Source of the DNA: a virus
Lineage: Duplodnaviria; Heunggongvirae; Uroviricota; Caudoviricetes
DNA length: 8,085 bases
Virus record (IMG/VR): IMGVR_UViG_2534682338_000005
Strand: one strand, 5' to 3'
Part shown: positions 1 to 6,409 of the stretch, piece after piece
How the letters are laid out: the number at the start of each line of letters is the position of its first letter
How positions within the stretch are numbered: the first letter of the stretch is position 1
The notes under the pieces: generated by a model
What the model saw: the letters and a program-made list of their open reading frames with translations, nothing else
Told to the model about the DNA's origin: nothing
Databases searched by the model: none
Made by a program: the position numbers and the translations under genes

Positions 1-1
1 A

Positions 2-1297
2 TTAATTTTTCATTGCTTCGTTATGGGGCATGGTTGGGGCAAACTCGCTTAACTGTGTATTTAACAAAGCTACCTGTGCATTATTGTTTTCAGACATCCA
101 TTTTCCGTATACCTGAAATACCATTTGCGCATCTGCATGGCCCATCTGGTTTGCTATAAATGCCGGGTTAGCACCAGCTGTCAGCGACCAGCAGGCATAA
201 GTATGTCTCGACTGATATGATTTTCGATGGCGGAGTCCGGCACGTTTTATCGCTGCGTCCCACATCTGCCTTATTGAGTCAACGGTAAAATGGTCACCAT
301 AATTTTTTACTCTCGCTGACACTTCAGGTTGAAAAACAAAGGTGCATTTATGTTTTTCTGTTCTGCCATACTCTCTGAGGTGAACATCAATGATATGCTC
401 TTTGCTCAGTCTCGTTAATGTCATCTGACTCCGGAGAGCGTCGATTGCTGGCTTAATAAGATGAATGACCCGATTGGTTCCCGCCTGTGTTTTTGGGACC
501 GTGAAACGGTCTTTTGCTAAATTTCTCCTGATCATCATTGTTCCATTTTTCAGATCTATGTCCTCCCATCCAAGTGCACACAGCTCACCAGGGCGAACGC
601 CAGTATAAACAGAAACACACCATAAATTTTTGGCTTGCTGATTTCTGCACGCATCGATAAGACGGATGAATTCCTCCCGCGAAAGAGGATCCGGAATGGT
701 TCTTGATTCCTTTAATGGCGAGATCCCCTTAAACGGGTTATCTGCCAGGTAACCGTTATCAACACCAAACTGGAACACGGCGTTAAGATTTGTCATGTAA
801 TTATTTACAGTTACAGCCGATCTCCCTGGTTGTGTAACAATATAGTTACTTTTGGGGATCTGGTATCCAGTCAGTAGCTCTTTACGAACCTCCAGTAATT
901 TTTCTTTATTAATCGATGAGGCAAGATTTTTTTCACCGATTATGCTCAGGATATTTTTGATGACGGCACGGTATGTGTTGAGTGATGTTTTTGCGACTTC
1001 AGTTTCTTTCAGTGCCAGAAATTTTTCAGCCAGTTCTTTTATGGTTAAATCTTGTCGGGCCTCACCAAATTTTTCCAGATTGCGTGAGGAGGGAAACTGT
1101 TTTGCATAGTCGAAAACACCAGTTTTTATTGCGTAACAAACAGAGGCGCGTAGCTCACCTGCAACGCGCCTGTTTTTTGCTGTGTCAGGAACCCCCAGGT
1201 TTTCCCTGACTCTTACGCCTTTATAAACAAACCAGATACGTAATTTCCCTCCATGGTTTTCCACGCCTGTCGGATATTTCATTTCAACTTCTCTCAT
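2..1297 (-). CDS. int: Tyrosine-type site-specific integrase (prophage Int)
   Basis: 431-codon ORF ending with TAA at 2-4. N-terminal arm-type region (GGKLRIWFVYKGVRV...), C-terminal catalytic core with conserved Arg (TGVRPGEL), H-x-x-R (SRHTYACW) and a Tyr near the C-terminus (VFQVYGKW). Last gene of the leftward operon, directly after xis. Start is ambiguous: ATG at 1297 has no Shine-Dalgarno (SD); an in-frame ATG at 1282 (MKYPTG...) is an alternative. Confidence 0.93.
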   Translation of the reverse strand: MREVEMKYPTGVENHGGKLRIWFVYKGVRVRENLGVPDTAKNRRVAGELRASVCYAIKTGVFDYAKQFPSSRNLEKFGEARQDLTIKELAEKFLALKETEVAKTSLNTYRAVIKNILSIIGEKNLASSINKEKLLEVRKELLTGYQIPKSNYIVTQPGRSAVTVNNYMTNLNAVFQFGVDNGYLADNPFKGISPLKESRTIPDPLSREEFIRLIDACRNQQAKNLWCVSVYTGVRPGELCALGWEDIDLKNGTMMIRRNLAKDRFTVPKTQAGTNRVIHLIKPAIDALRSQMTLTRLSKEHIIDVHLREYGRTEKHKCTFVFQPEVSARVKNYGDHFTVDSIRQMWDAAIKRAGLRHRKSYQSRHTYACWSLTAGANPAFIANQMGHADAQMVFQVYGKWMSENNNAQVALLNTQLSEFAPTMPHNEAMKN

Positions 1298-1316
1298 TAG
1301 TTAGTGTGGCTTTTAG

Positions 1317-1568
1317 TCAAGTAAGATGACGTCTTGGTCTTGCTGATGCCTGGCGCTCAATCCAGCGATCAATTTCTTCCAGGTTGTAAAAGCATGGACT
1401 GTTATCCCATGGCATACCGTCATGAGCGACATGCTTATATTCCCTTCCTTCCATAAACGATTTTTCCCGGGCCTTTTTTAACGTACCTTTTTTTATTCCT
1501 TTCAGCGCAATTAACTGCTCTTCGGATACCCATTTGCCGGGAGAGACAATCATGATTACTTCGCTCAT
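1317..1568 (-). CDS. xis: Excisionase-like small DNA-binding protein (Xis/DUF1233-type)
   Basis: 83-aa ORF immediately upstream of int on the same strand, stop only 19 nt before the int ATG. Purine-rich SD (AAGAGATAAAGAAA) before the ATG at 1566-1568. Size, position and the WVSEEQLIALKGIKKGTLKK motif fit small prophage excisionases. Family assignment is from memory, not a search. Confidence 0.75.
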   Translation of the reverse strand: MSEVIMIVSPGKWVSEEQLIALKGIKKGTLKKAREKSFMEGREYKHVAHDGMPWDNSPCFYNLEEIDRWIERQASARPRRHLT

Positions 1569-1640
1569 CGATTTCTTTATCTCTTACATCAGACGAGCGC
1601 CGGTTGCAGAATACCAGTCACAACCGGCGACAGTTGAACA

Positions 1641-4112
1641 TTAAGAATCAGCCTGACTCGGGATCAGTTTTTGCCAGATAGCTGAAACGTATTTTGCCTG
1701 GTAACGGGCGTCATCAAGTGCATTATGGCGCTCACCTTCGAATGGAATAGCCGTTCTGGCATCGAAGTCTATGGCTTTCCCCAGCTCAACGATTGTGCGT
1801 ACATCGCGATCGTTGTAGTAACGCCACGGGCAGGGGATCCCCTGCCGTTCGTATGAACGGCGCAAAATCGTGTTGTCGAAGTTGGCTCCATTTCCCCAGA
1901 CATGAACAAAAAATTCACCGGAGTTTTCGTCGATAAATTCCCGCAATTGTAACAGTGCATCATCTAACGGGATTTCATCGGTCATAATGGCAGATTGCGC
2001 TTCGCGTGATTGTTTAAGCCACCATTTAATGGTGTCCCGATCAATGACTCCGCCAGCAGTTTCCAGATCGATAGTCTTACTAAATTCCGGTCCCATATCT
2101 CCGGTTTGCGGATCGAAAAATATTGCACCTATTGAGATAATCGGGGCATCGGGATTTTTTCCCATGGTTTCAAGGTCGATCATCAGATGAATCCCCGCTC
2201 TGCTGGTGGATGTGATTTCGTGATGACCGTTCACCTTAATTGAGTGATCTGCCGTCTCGCCAGTTTCATTATCGCTATTGTGATGCTGATTGCCGCCAGT
2301 GTTCTCCTTGTGTGGATGTTCAGCGCCTTCCATTTCCTCCGGATCATCTTCCTGAACTTCAACCTGATACTCTTCATCGAATGTTTCTTGGTATGTTGCG
2401 TCGCCCATCACCGCGCCACAATCAGGGCAGTTGCCGCCGCCGGTCTGACCGCAGGCGGTGCAGACTTTTTCCACTTCCTGTTGCGCCACTGGTTCAGGCT
2501 GTTTCGTTTCTGGCTCGTTTTGTAACGCATTTGTGCTGTTTTGTTCCGCTTTTTGGTAGTTCCGTTCCGATTCATGCTGGTTCTGGTTCACAGAATCGCG
2601 GGTCTGGATCCCCTTAACCCATTTCGGATCATTCGGGTCACTAATCTCTTCAACAAATTCACCACGTGATGCAGCAAGCAACTTATCGGCGTCAGGCTGG
2701 CTGATATTGGCTGCCTGCATAATTTTGTTTACTTCGTCAGCGGTAACTTTTATCGGCTCTGGTTGTTCTGAATCTTCAGCGGTATCTACATTTTGCGGTA
2801 AGCCCGTGTATGTGCCATTTTTTCGGGCAAAATATTCTTCTTTTGTGATTTCAGTGGCGCCAGCAGCCAGTGCCTTATCCAGACCAGAAAGTTTGTTTGC
2901 GCGACCGTATTTTTCTCCGTCCTTATCTGCGAAGAGGAAATAGAACGGCCCCTCACGCTCTACAGATGGTTCAGCTTCCGGCGCGGTTTCATTTTTTGGG
3001 ATATCAGATACCTCAGTTTCCACTGCATCAGTTTGTGTTTCTGATGACTGGAGAACATCAACAGTGCCCAGGTCTGTTTCTTCATTCTCAAACACGCCCT
3101 TTGTCGTCAGGTATTCGCAGATATATTTGTTCAGTGCTATGGGATCTTTGTGAATGTCGATCGGACGCTCACGGACAAGGCCAAAAATAGTCTGGCGGTC
3201 GTAGCGAAGGGCATCAGGCTGTTTGCGCATTGATGCCGAGATACGCTTCCAGTCTTCGCGGTCGTTGTCGATAACTTCTTTTTTTGCCCAGCGATGGATG
3301 CTGCCGTCAATGTTTCCGGCATCCACATCACCAGGCCAGAGAGCGTAGGCCAGTTCGTCATCCAGTGTTTTCCATGTCTGCTTGTATTCGCGATGAATGG
3401 CAGCAATGACCGGGCTGATTTTTCCTGTTGAATTTTCAGTGTACTGTTGATTGGCTCTGGCGCGGGCGAGATCAACAACAGACGTGTATTTTCCGGTTTC
3501 CTTGCGTTCACCTTCGCGACGTTTTTTCCAGATGCGCATCTCTGCCTGAATTTCGGGCCATTTAGCACCAGGAATACATTTATGCTTAACCCACCCAATG
3601 GCGTGCAACTTAAGCTCCGGATACATGGCGTTAACTTCTGGCATTTTCATCAACGCTTCAACGATATGTCCGTCGAATGTTGCCATGTCTTCCTGCAACA
3701 ATTCCTGTGCGCTAATAACCATATCAACGGTGATGTTTTCACATGTGTCGAACTTAACCATGACAGCGTTCTGTACTTCAGGGGCCAGCTTGTCAAAAGT
3801 GACGTTCATCGGATCGGATTCAGTCTCAACCGGGACAAAAGAAGCAGACTCCTCATCCCAGCGGTTTTCCTGCATATATTCAGCATCCCATGAATCGAGG
3901 GCAGGGCGGGGTATGCCAGGTTTATCCTCGCAGACAATAAATTTATAAGCGCAGTCCTGAGCAGCCGGATAATGTTCCAGGAACTGCCAGTGAAATTTTG
4001 CTCGAGCACGGCGTTCGTCGCCAGCTTCAATGGCTGTGGCTACAGCCACAGCGCCTTCTTCCCTTGTTGCCAGTTCGTCAGGAATAGCGGCGCAAATAAA
4101 GACTTTACTCAT
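1641..4112 (-). CDS. Large prophage exonuclease-like protein (annotated in relatives as exodeoxyribonuclease VIII-like); C-terminal DEDDh/DnaQ-like 3'-5' exonuclease domain, central zinc ribbon, acidic linker
   Basis: 823-codon ORF, ATG at 4110-4112 with GAGG 10 nt upstream, stop TAA at 1641-1643. C-terminal ~180 aa carry DEDDh motifs: Exo I MIDLETMG (encoded ~2160-2181), Exo II FFVHVWGNGANFDNTIL, Exo III ERHNALDDARYQAKY. Central CTACGQTGGGNCPDCGAV is a C-x2-C...C-x2-C zinc ribbon (~2406-2460), flanked by acidic low-complexity sequence. Sits where lambdoid phages carry exo; likely the intact form of what is truncated as ydfE in K-12 Qin. Confidence 0.85.
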   Translation of the reverse strand: MSKVFICAAIPDELATREEGAVAVATAIEAGDERRARAKFHWQFLEHYPAAQDCAYKFIVCEDKPGIPRPALDSWDAEYMQENRWDEESASFVPVETESDPMNVTFDKLAPEVQNAVMVKFDTCENITVDMVISAQELLQEDMATFDGHIVEALMKMPEVNAMYPELKLHAIGWVKHKCIPGAKWPEIQAEMRIWKKRREGERKETGKYTSVVDLARARANQQYTENSTGKISPVIAAIHREYKQTWKTLDDELAYALWPGDVDAGNIDGSIHRWAKKEVIDNDREDWKRISASMRKQPDALRYDRQTIFGLVRERPIDIHKDPIALNKYICEYLTTKGVFENEETDLGTVDVLQSSETQTDAVETEVSDIPKNETAPEAEPSVEREGPFYFLFADKDGEKYGRANKLSGLDKALAAGATEITKEEYFARKNGTYTGLPQNVDTAEDSEQPEPIKVTADEVNKIMQAANISQPDADKLLAASRGEFVEEISDPNDPKWVKGIQTRDSVNQNQHESERNYQKAEQNSTNALQNEPETKQPEPVAQQEVEKVCTACGQTGGGNCPDCGAVMGDATYQETFDEEYQVEVQEDDPEEMEGAEHPHKENTGGNQHHNSDNETGETADHSIKVNGHHEITSTSRAGIHLMIDLETMGKNPDAPIISIGAIFFDPQTGDMGPEFSKTIDLETAGGVIDRDTIKWWLKQSREAQSAIMTDEIPLDDALLQLREFIDENSGEFFVHVWGNGANFDNTILRRSYERQGIPCPWRYYNDRDVRTIVELGKAIDFDARTAIPFEGERHNALDDARYQAKYVSAIWQKLIPSQADS

Positions 4113-4205
4113 TTTGTTTTAACCTCATGACAGATTTAAGGATGAACAAATCCCTGCCATTGCTGGCATATAAGAATGAAACCGGATATTTATTACGGAA
4201 CTGTT

Positions 4206-4397
4206 TTAAAGACCTGCCGGGATTTCGATATTATCCTGGTGAATAACTTTATCGACCGGGTAACAGTTACCGGGAATTTTCTGTTCGGTTGCTGCAGTCA
4301 TACACTCCTGCATTGTCCTGTGAACACTGACTGCAATATCAACTGGCTCTCCGGAAACAAGAAAAACTGTCAGAACAAGCGCAAATGCTGAATTCAT
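4206..4397 (-). CDS. ydfD: YdfD-like small protein with N-terminal hydrophobic/TM segment (Qin prophage lysis-associated protein family)
   Basis: 63-aa ORF (MNSAFALVLTVFLVSGEPVD...), ATG at 4395-4397 preceded by AAGGA with 8-nt spacer. Its start overlaps the dicB stop in an ATGA arrangement (4394-4397), the same 4-nt overlap and 63-aa size as dicB-ydfD in K-12. Longer ORF-track start at 4451 rejected. Confidence 0.8.
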   Translation of the reverse strand: MNSAFALVLTVFLVSGEPVDIAVSVHRTMQECMTAATEQKIPGNCYPVDKVIHQDNIEIPAGL

Positions 4398-4582
4398 TGT
4401 GCACATCCTTTTGGCATCAGACGTAAACGAGCCAGCATTGAAACAATGCATATTTTATTTAATAGCTCCCGTTCTTGTTTTCTCTTGTTAATGGCATCTT
4501 CAGTAAATACAGGGTTACTGATAGTGACACCAATTTCAAAACAACCTTCAGACGTATTAACGTTTGGTAATAACGTTTTCAT
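4394..4582 (-). CDS. dicB: DicB cell-division inhibitor (MinC-dependent FtsZ-ring inhibitor, Kil analog)
   Basis: 62-aa ORF MKTLLPNVNTSEGCFEIGVTISNPVF...LMPKGCAQ, matching my recollection of E. coli Qin DicB in length and sequence. ATG at 4580-4582 preceded by GAGGA with 7-nt spacer. Located downstream of DicF in the leftward early operon. ORF-track start at 4687 rejected (no RBS). Confidence 0.9.
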   Translation of the reverse strand: MKTLLPNVNTSEGCFEIGVTISNPVFTEDAINKRKQERELLNKICIVSMLARLRLMPKGCAQ

Positions 4583-4751
4583 TATCGCGTCCTCAACAAT
4601 GAATTTTGTGATGCAGTGCCTGGTGCCTCCAGGTGACGTTAACCAGTTAACAATTAACGCCGGATACAGAGAATCCACCCATAACACTGTTTTTGGTTTT
4701 AACTGTTCCGCGTGCGCTTAGCCGCATTCACCGCATCACAAAATTCACTTT

Positions 4752-4794
4752 AAAAACGGCGGCAGAGCAGTCACGGAGTAAAACTGATACCGCC
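4752..4794 (-). terminator. Intrinsic terminator forming the DicF 3' end
   Basis: On the minus strand, GGCGG (4790-4794) pairs with CCGCC (4758-4762) around an internally structured loop, followed directly by a 5-U run (4752-4756). Confidence 0.7.
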
Positions 4795-4809
4795 AAACGT
4801 CACCAGAAA
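4752..4809 (-). ncRNA. dicF: DicF small RNA (Hfq-dependent antisense regulator of ftsZ and other mRNAs)
   Basis: Minus-strand sequence TTTCTGGTGACGTTTGGCGGTATCAGTTTTACTCCGTGACTGCTCTGCCGCCGTTTTT matches my recollection of the ~53-nt DicF RNA and ends in its terminator hairpin plus U-run. Position between ydfC-like and dicB is as in the Qin dicB operon. Ends are approximate (+/- 3 nt). Confidence 0.8.
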
Positions 4810-5084
4810 ATTGATAACAGAGGGCGTTGCAGCGGGGTTGTCACTTAAGCGTATGGTCAACCTGACAACTCGGTGTCCTCAACGGGGAAGGAATAACCCC
4901 GCCATACTTACCGCCGCGCCATTTCGCGGGTTGCCACAACCGGAAGCGCACGGTCGAATTAAATTTAACGACACCGTACAGTGAGACGAACTTCGCCGTG
5001 CGCTTTCGTGTTGTGTGCCTGCTTTTAACCACGTCAGGCGAGGTGGTATCCTTCTTATTCCGAATAACCAAGAAGGAAATCTAT

Positions 5085-5285
5085 ATGACTAAAGAAGAAT
5101 TTGTCTCTTATATTTTTGATAAAACGGTTGAAATGTATGCCGCTACTTACGGGTCCTGTAATCCTCTGAATAAACCAGAGGGGAAAGATGATTTCGACAA
5201 AATTTACCGCTTCTTGGAGGACCGCTATATCAAAAGGTTAGAGGACGCAGGGATCAAATCCCCAGTGAAGTCACCATTGTCCTGA
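5085..5285 (+). CDS. Hypothetical small acidic protein (66 aa), convergent to the leftward operon; candidate only
   Basis: ATG at 5085-5087 preceded by a strong SD AAGGA (5073-5077) with 7-nt spacer; ORF MTKEEFVSYIFDKTVEMYAATYGSC...KSPLS. AT-rich coding sequence next to a GC-rich structured region. 3' end overlaps the ydfB/C-like 3' end by 32 bp on the opposite strand. No homolog recognised and no clear promoter. Confidence 0.3.
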   Translation: MTKEEFVSYIFDKTVEMYAATYGSCNPLNKPEGKDDFDKIYRFLEDRYIKRLEDAGIKSPVKSPLS

Positions 5286-5619
5286 GAACTTGCAGGACGT
5301 CATGATCGTAACTTCCATCCAAACCGCGACGGCAAATTGCTTCTCGTATTACCGGAAGCAGTTCGCTGGAAATCTCGGTGCATATTTCACCTGATAATAC
5401 GCCTGGCTCAAGTGAGAATATTGGTGAACTTACGGTCTTGGTCTCGACAGTTTCAGAGTCAGTGCCAACATTATAAAGCTCAACGAAAGCGGTCTTGATT
5501 TTCCGGGCCAGATCTTTTGCTGGCTCGCTTGCAATATCTTTCCCGATTTCTCGCAGCACAGAATGCAATGTATGAGCTGCTGTTTTCTGTACATCAGACG
5601 GTAAATCTTTAAATTCCAT
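5254..5619 (-). CDS. YdfB/YdfC-like prophage protein (single 121-aa ORF spanning what is split as ydfB + ydfC in K-12 Qin)
   Basis: ORF with ATG at 5617-5619 (MEFKDLPSDVQ...) preceded by GAGG with 6-nt spacer; a further upstream ATG (5629-5631) overlaps the ydfA-like stop (TGATG) but lacks an SD. Stop TGA at 5254-5256. Sits at the ydfB-ydfC position after ydfA-like; total span (~366 bp) matches the ydfB+ydfC span I recall. Confidence 0.7.
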   Translation of the reverse strand: MEFKDLPSDVQKTAAHTLHSVLREIGKDIASEPAKDLARKIKTAFVELYNVGTDSETVETKTVSSPIFSLEPGVLSGEICTEISSELLPVIREAICRRGLDGSYDHDVLQVLRTMVTSLGI

Positions 5620-5630
5620 CGTCAGCCTCA

Positions 5631-5783
5631 TCAGTCAGTGTTTCTGGCTAACCAGCAACGCGCGCCAGATTCGGTTTTAAACGTTTTGCTTTTGGTATAT
5701 GTCATCGCGGTGAACGTACCGTCCTGGTTGGGGAACACGCCACATACCAGAGATTCGCTGTTGCCAAGATCGATAGTATCCAT
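5631..5783 (-). CDS. ydfA: YdfA-like small prophage protein (DUF1391-type)
   Basis: 50-aa ORF MDTIDLGNSESLVCGVFPNQDGTFTAMTYTKSKTFKTESGARCWLARNTD. ATG at 5781-5783 preceded by GAGG with 5-nt spacer. First gene downstream of the operator/promoter region that follows the repressor gene, the position of ydfA in Qin. ORF-track start at 5837 rejected. Confidence 0.8.
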   Translation of the reverse strand: MDTIDLGNSESLVCGVFPNQDGTFTAMTYTKSKTFKTESGARCWLARNTD

Positions 5784-5861
5784 GCTGACCTCATTTCCCC
5801 TTAACGCCGGGGTCGCGGAACTGTTTGCTGAGAACACCGTGCGGTGTCTTGATGGAAAGTA

Positions 5862-5879
5862 ATTTAGAATAACCTAACA
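5862..5879. promoter_or_regulatory. Operator-like site, imperfect (ATTTAG-N6-CTAACA), leftward early promoter region
   Basis: Same 6+6+6 architecture as the perfect palindromes at 5898-5915 and 6409-6426. Lies over a candidate leftward promoter (minus strand TTGCCT-17 nt-TAAATT) upstream of the ydfA-like gene. Confidence 0.45.
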
Positions 5880-5897
5880 TGAGAGGCAAGTGTTTTT

Positions 5898-5915
5898 TGT
5901 TAGATTGATCTAACA
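5898..5915. promoter_or_regulatory. Operator, perfect palindrome TGTTAG-ATTGAT-CTAACA (candidate DicA-like repressor site, OL-like)
   Basis: 9-bp perfect inverted arms TTGTTAGAT / ATCTAACAA (5897-5916) about 40 bp downstream of the repressor stop and upstream of the ydfA-like gene. Same half-sites and spacing as the site in the divergent promoter region. Confidence 0.65.
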
Positions 5916-5951
5916 AAAAGAGTGGGCGCAACTAATCACTTGAAAAGAATG

Positions 5952-6359
5952 TTATTTTATTGATTTATTTTTACGCGCTTTAAGCATTTCTTCGAAGAGT
6001 TTGTTGAAGTTTTCTACTCTTGCGCGCATTTCAGACAGCAAGGCTTCCTGCTCGGAAGATGGAAGAGCATCGAATAATTCGATCAATTCTTTGTGGTTGG
6101 GAGTTAGCTCTGTTTCCACATGAAGTTCTTGTGCAGGCACTGGTGCCTTGTCTTCGTCACCAAACATTAGCCATGTAGGTGAGCACTTCAGAGCATCCGC
6201 TAAAGCAAACAATCGTTTTCCGACTGGCTGGGTTTCGTCTCTTTCCCATTGTGAAATTGTGACGTGAGCAACTCCAGCGAGGCGCGCAGCTTCTCGTTGT
6301 GTTAAGCGTAATTCTTTTCGTCGCGCCAGAACTCGCTGGCCTAGGGTTCTTGTATCCAT
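5952..6359 (-). CDS. dicA: DicA-like HTH (XRE-family) prophage repressor, CI functional analog
   Basis: 135-aa ORF, ATG at 6357-6359, stop TAA at 5952-5954. N-terminal HTH_XRE signature (LRLTQREAARLAGVAHVTISQWERDETQP), and the C-terminal segment CSPTWLMFGDEDK...EMRARVENFNKLFEEMLKARK resembles E. coli DicA as I recall it. Divergent from the Cro-like dicC with operators between them. Confidence 0.88.
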   Translation of the reverse strand: MDTRTLGQRVLARRKELRLTQREAARLAGVAHVTISQWERDETQPVGKRLFALADALKCSPTWLMFGDEDKAPVPAQELHVETELTPNHKELIELFDALPSSEQEALLSEMRARVENFNKLFEEMLKARKNKSIK

Positions 6360-6377
6360 AGTTAGGTAATTCTAATT
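6360..6377. promoter_or_regulatory. Operator-like site, imperfect (AGTTAG-GTAATT-CTAATT), adjacent to the repressor start
   Basis: Same 6+6+6 architecture as the consensus palindrome; immediately upstream of the dicA-like ATG in the divergent intergenic region. Confidence 0.4.
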
Positions 6378-6381
6378 TTTC

Positions 6382-6409
6382 TTGACTTAGGTATCCCGCG
6401 CACAATAAT
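6382..6409 (+). promoter_or_regulatory. Candidate sigma-70 promoter for dicC-like/early-right operon (pR analog)
   Basis: -35 TTGACT (6382-6387), 16-nt spacer, -10 AATAAT (6404-6409). The perfect operator begins at the 3' end of the -10, so repressor binding would occlude the start site. Confidence 0.55.

Noticed and set aside
852-1209. Plus-strand ORFs 852-1109 and 982-1209 (85 and 75 aa)
   Set aside because: Entirely antisense to the integrase coding sequence, no RBS, low-complexity Ser/Leu/Phe-rich translations typical of reverse-frame artefacts.
1769-4030. Multiple 60-150-aa ORFs on both strands inside the 823-aa exonuclease-like gene (e.g. 1769-1963, 2240-2617, 2870-3190, 3137-3598, 3447-3893, 3806-4030)
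   Set aside because: All nested within or antisense to a long, well-supported ORF with recognisable domains; none has a convincing RBS or recognisable motif.
4176-4721. Plus-strand ORFs 4176-4391 and 4446-4721
   Set aside because: Antisense to the YdfD-like and DicB genes, which have strong RBSs and recognisable sequences; the plus-strand frames have no SD and Cys/Leu-rich artefactual composition.
4835-5010. Possibility of a retron msr/msd or tRNA gene in the GC-rich structured block
   Set aside because: No reverse-transcriptase ORF nearby and no conserved retron a1/a2 repeat recognised. No cloverleaf with a canonical T-loop (GGTCGAATT at ~4952 has no matching T-stem) or acceptor stem could be built.
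4841-5071. Minus-strand 76-aa ORF in the GC-rich structured region
   Set aside because: Very basic, low-complexity translation, no SD, and it lies in a region that looks like structured non-coding RNA; more likely a chance ORF.
4398-5837. Longer ORF-track start codons for ydfD-like (4451), dicB (4687), ydfA-like (5837) and the initiator (TTG 7099)
   Set aside because: Each extended start lacks an RBS and would run through the upstream gene's coding region or regulatory sequence, whereas the internal ATGs have canonical SD spacing and give products matching the expected sizes (63, 62, 50, 310 aa).
5916-5951. Possible intrinsic terminator just downstream of the repressor gene (minus strand, ...CACTCTTTTTG)
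   Set aside because: Only a 4-bp potential stem (AGTG/CACT) with a long loop precedes the T-run; too weak to call, and the T-run is immediately next to the operator palindrome.
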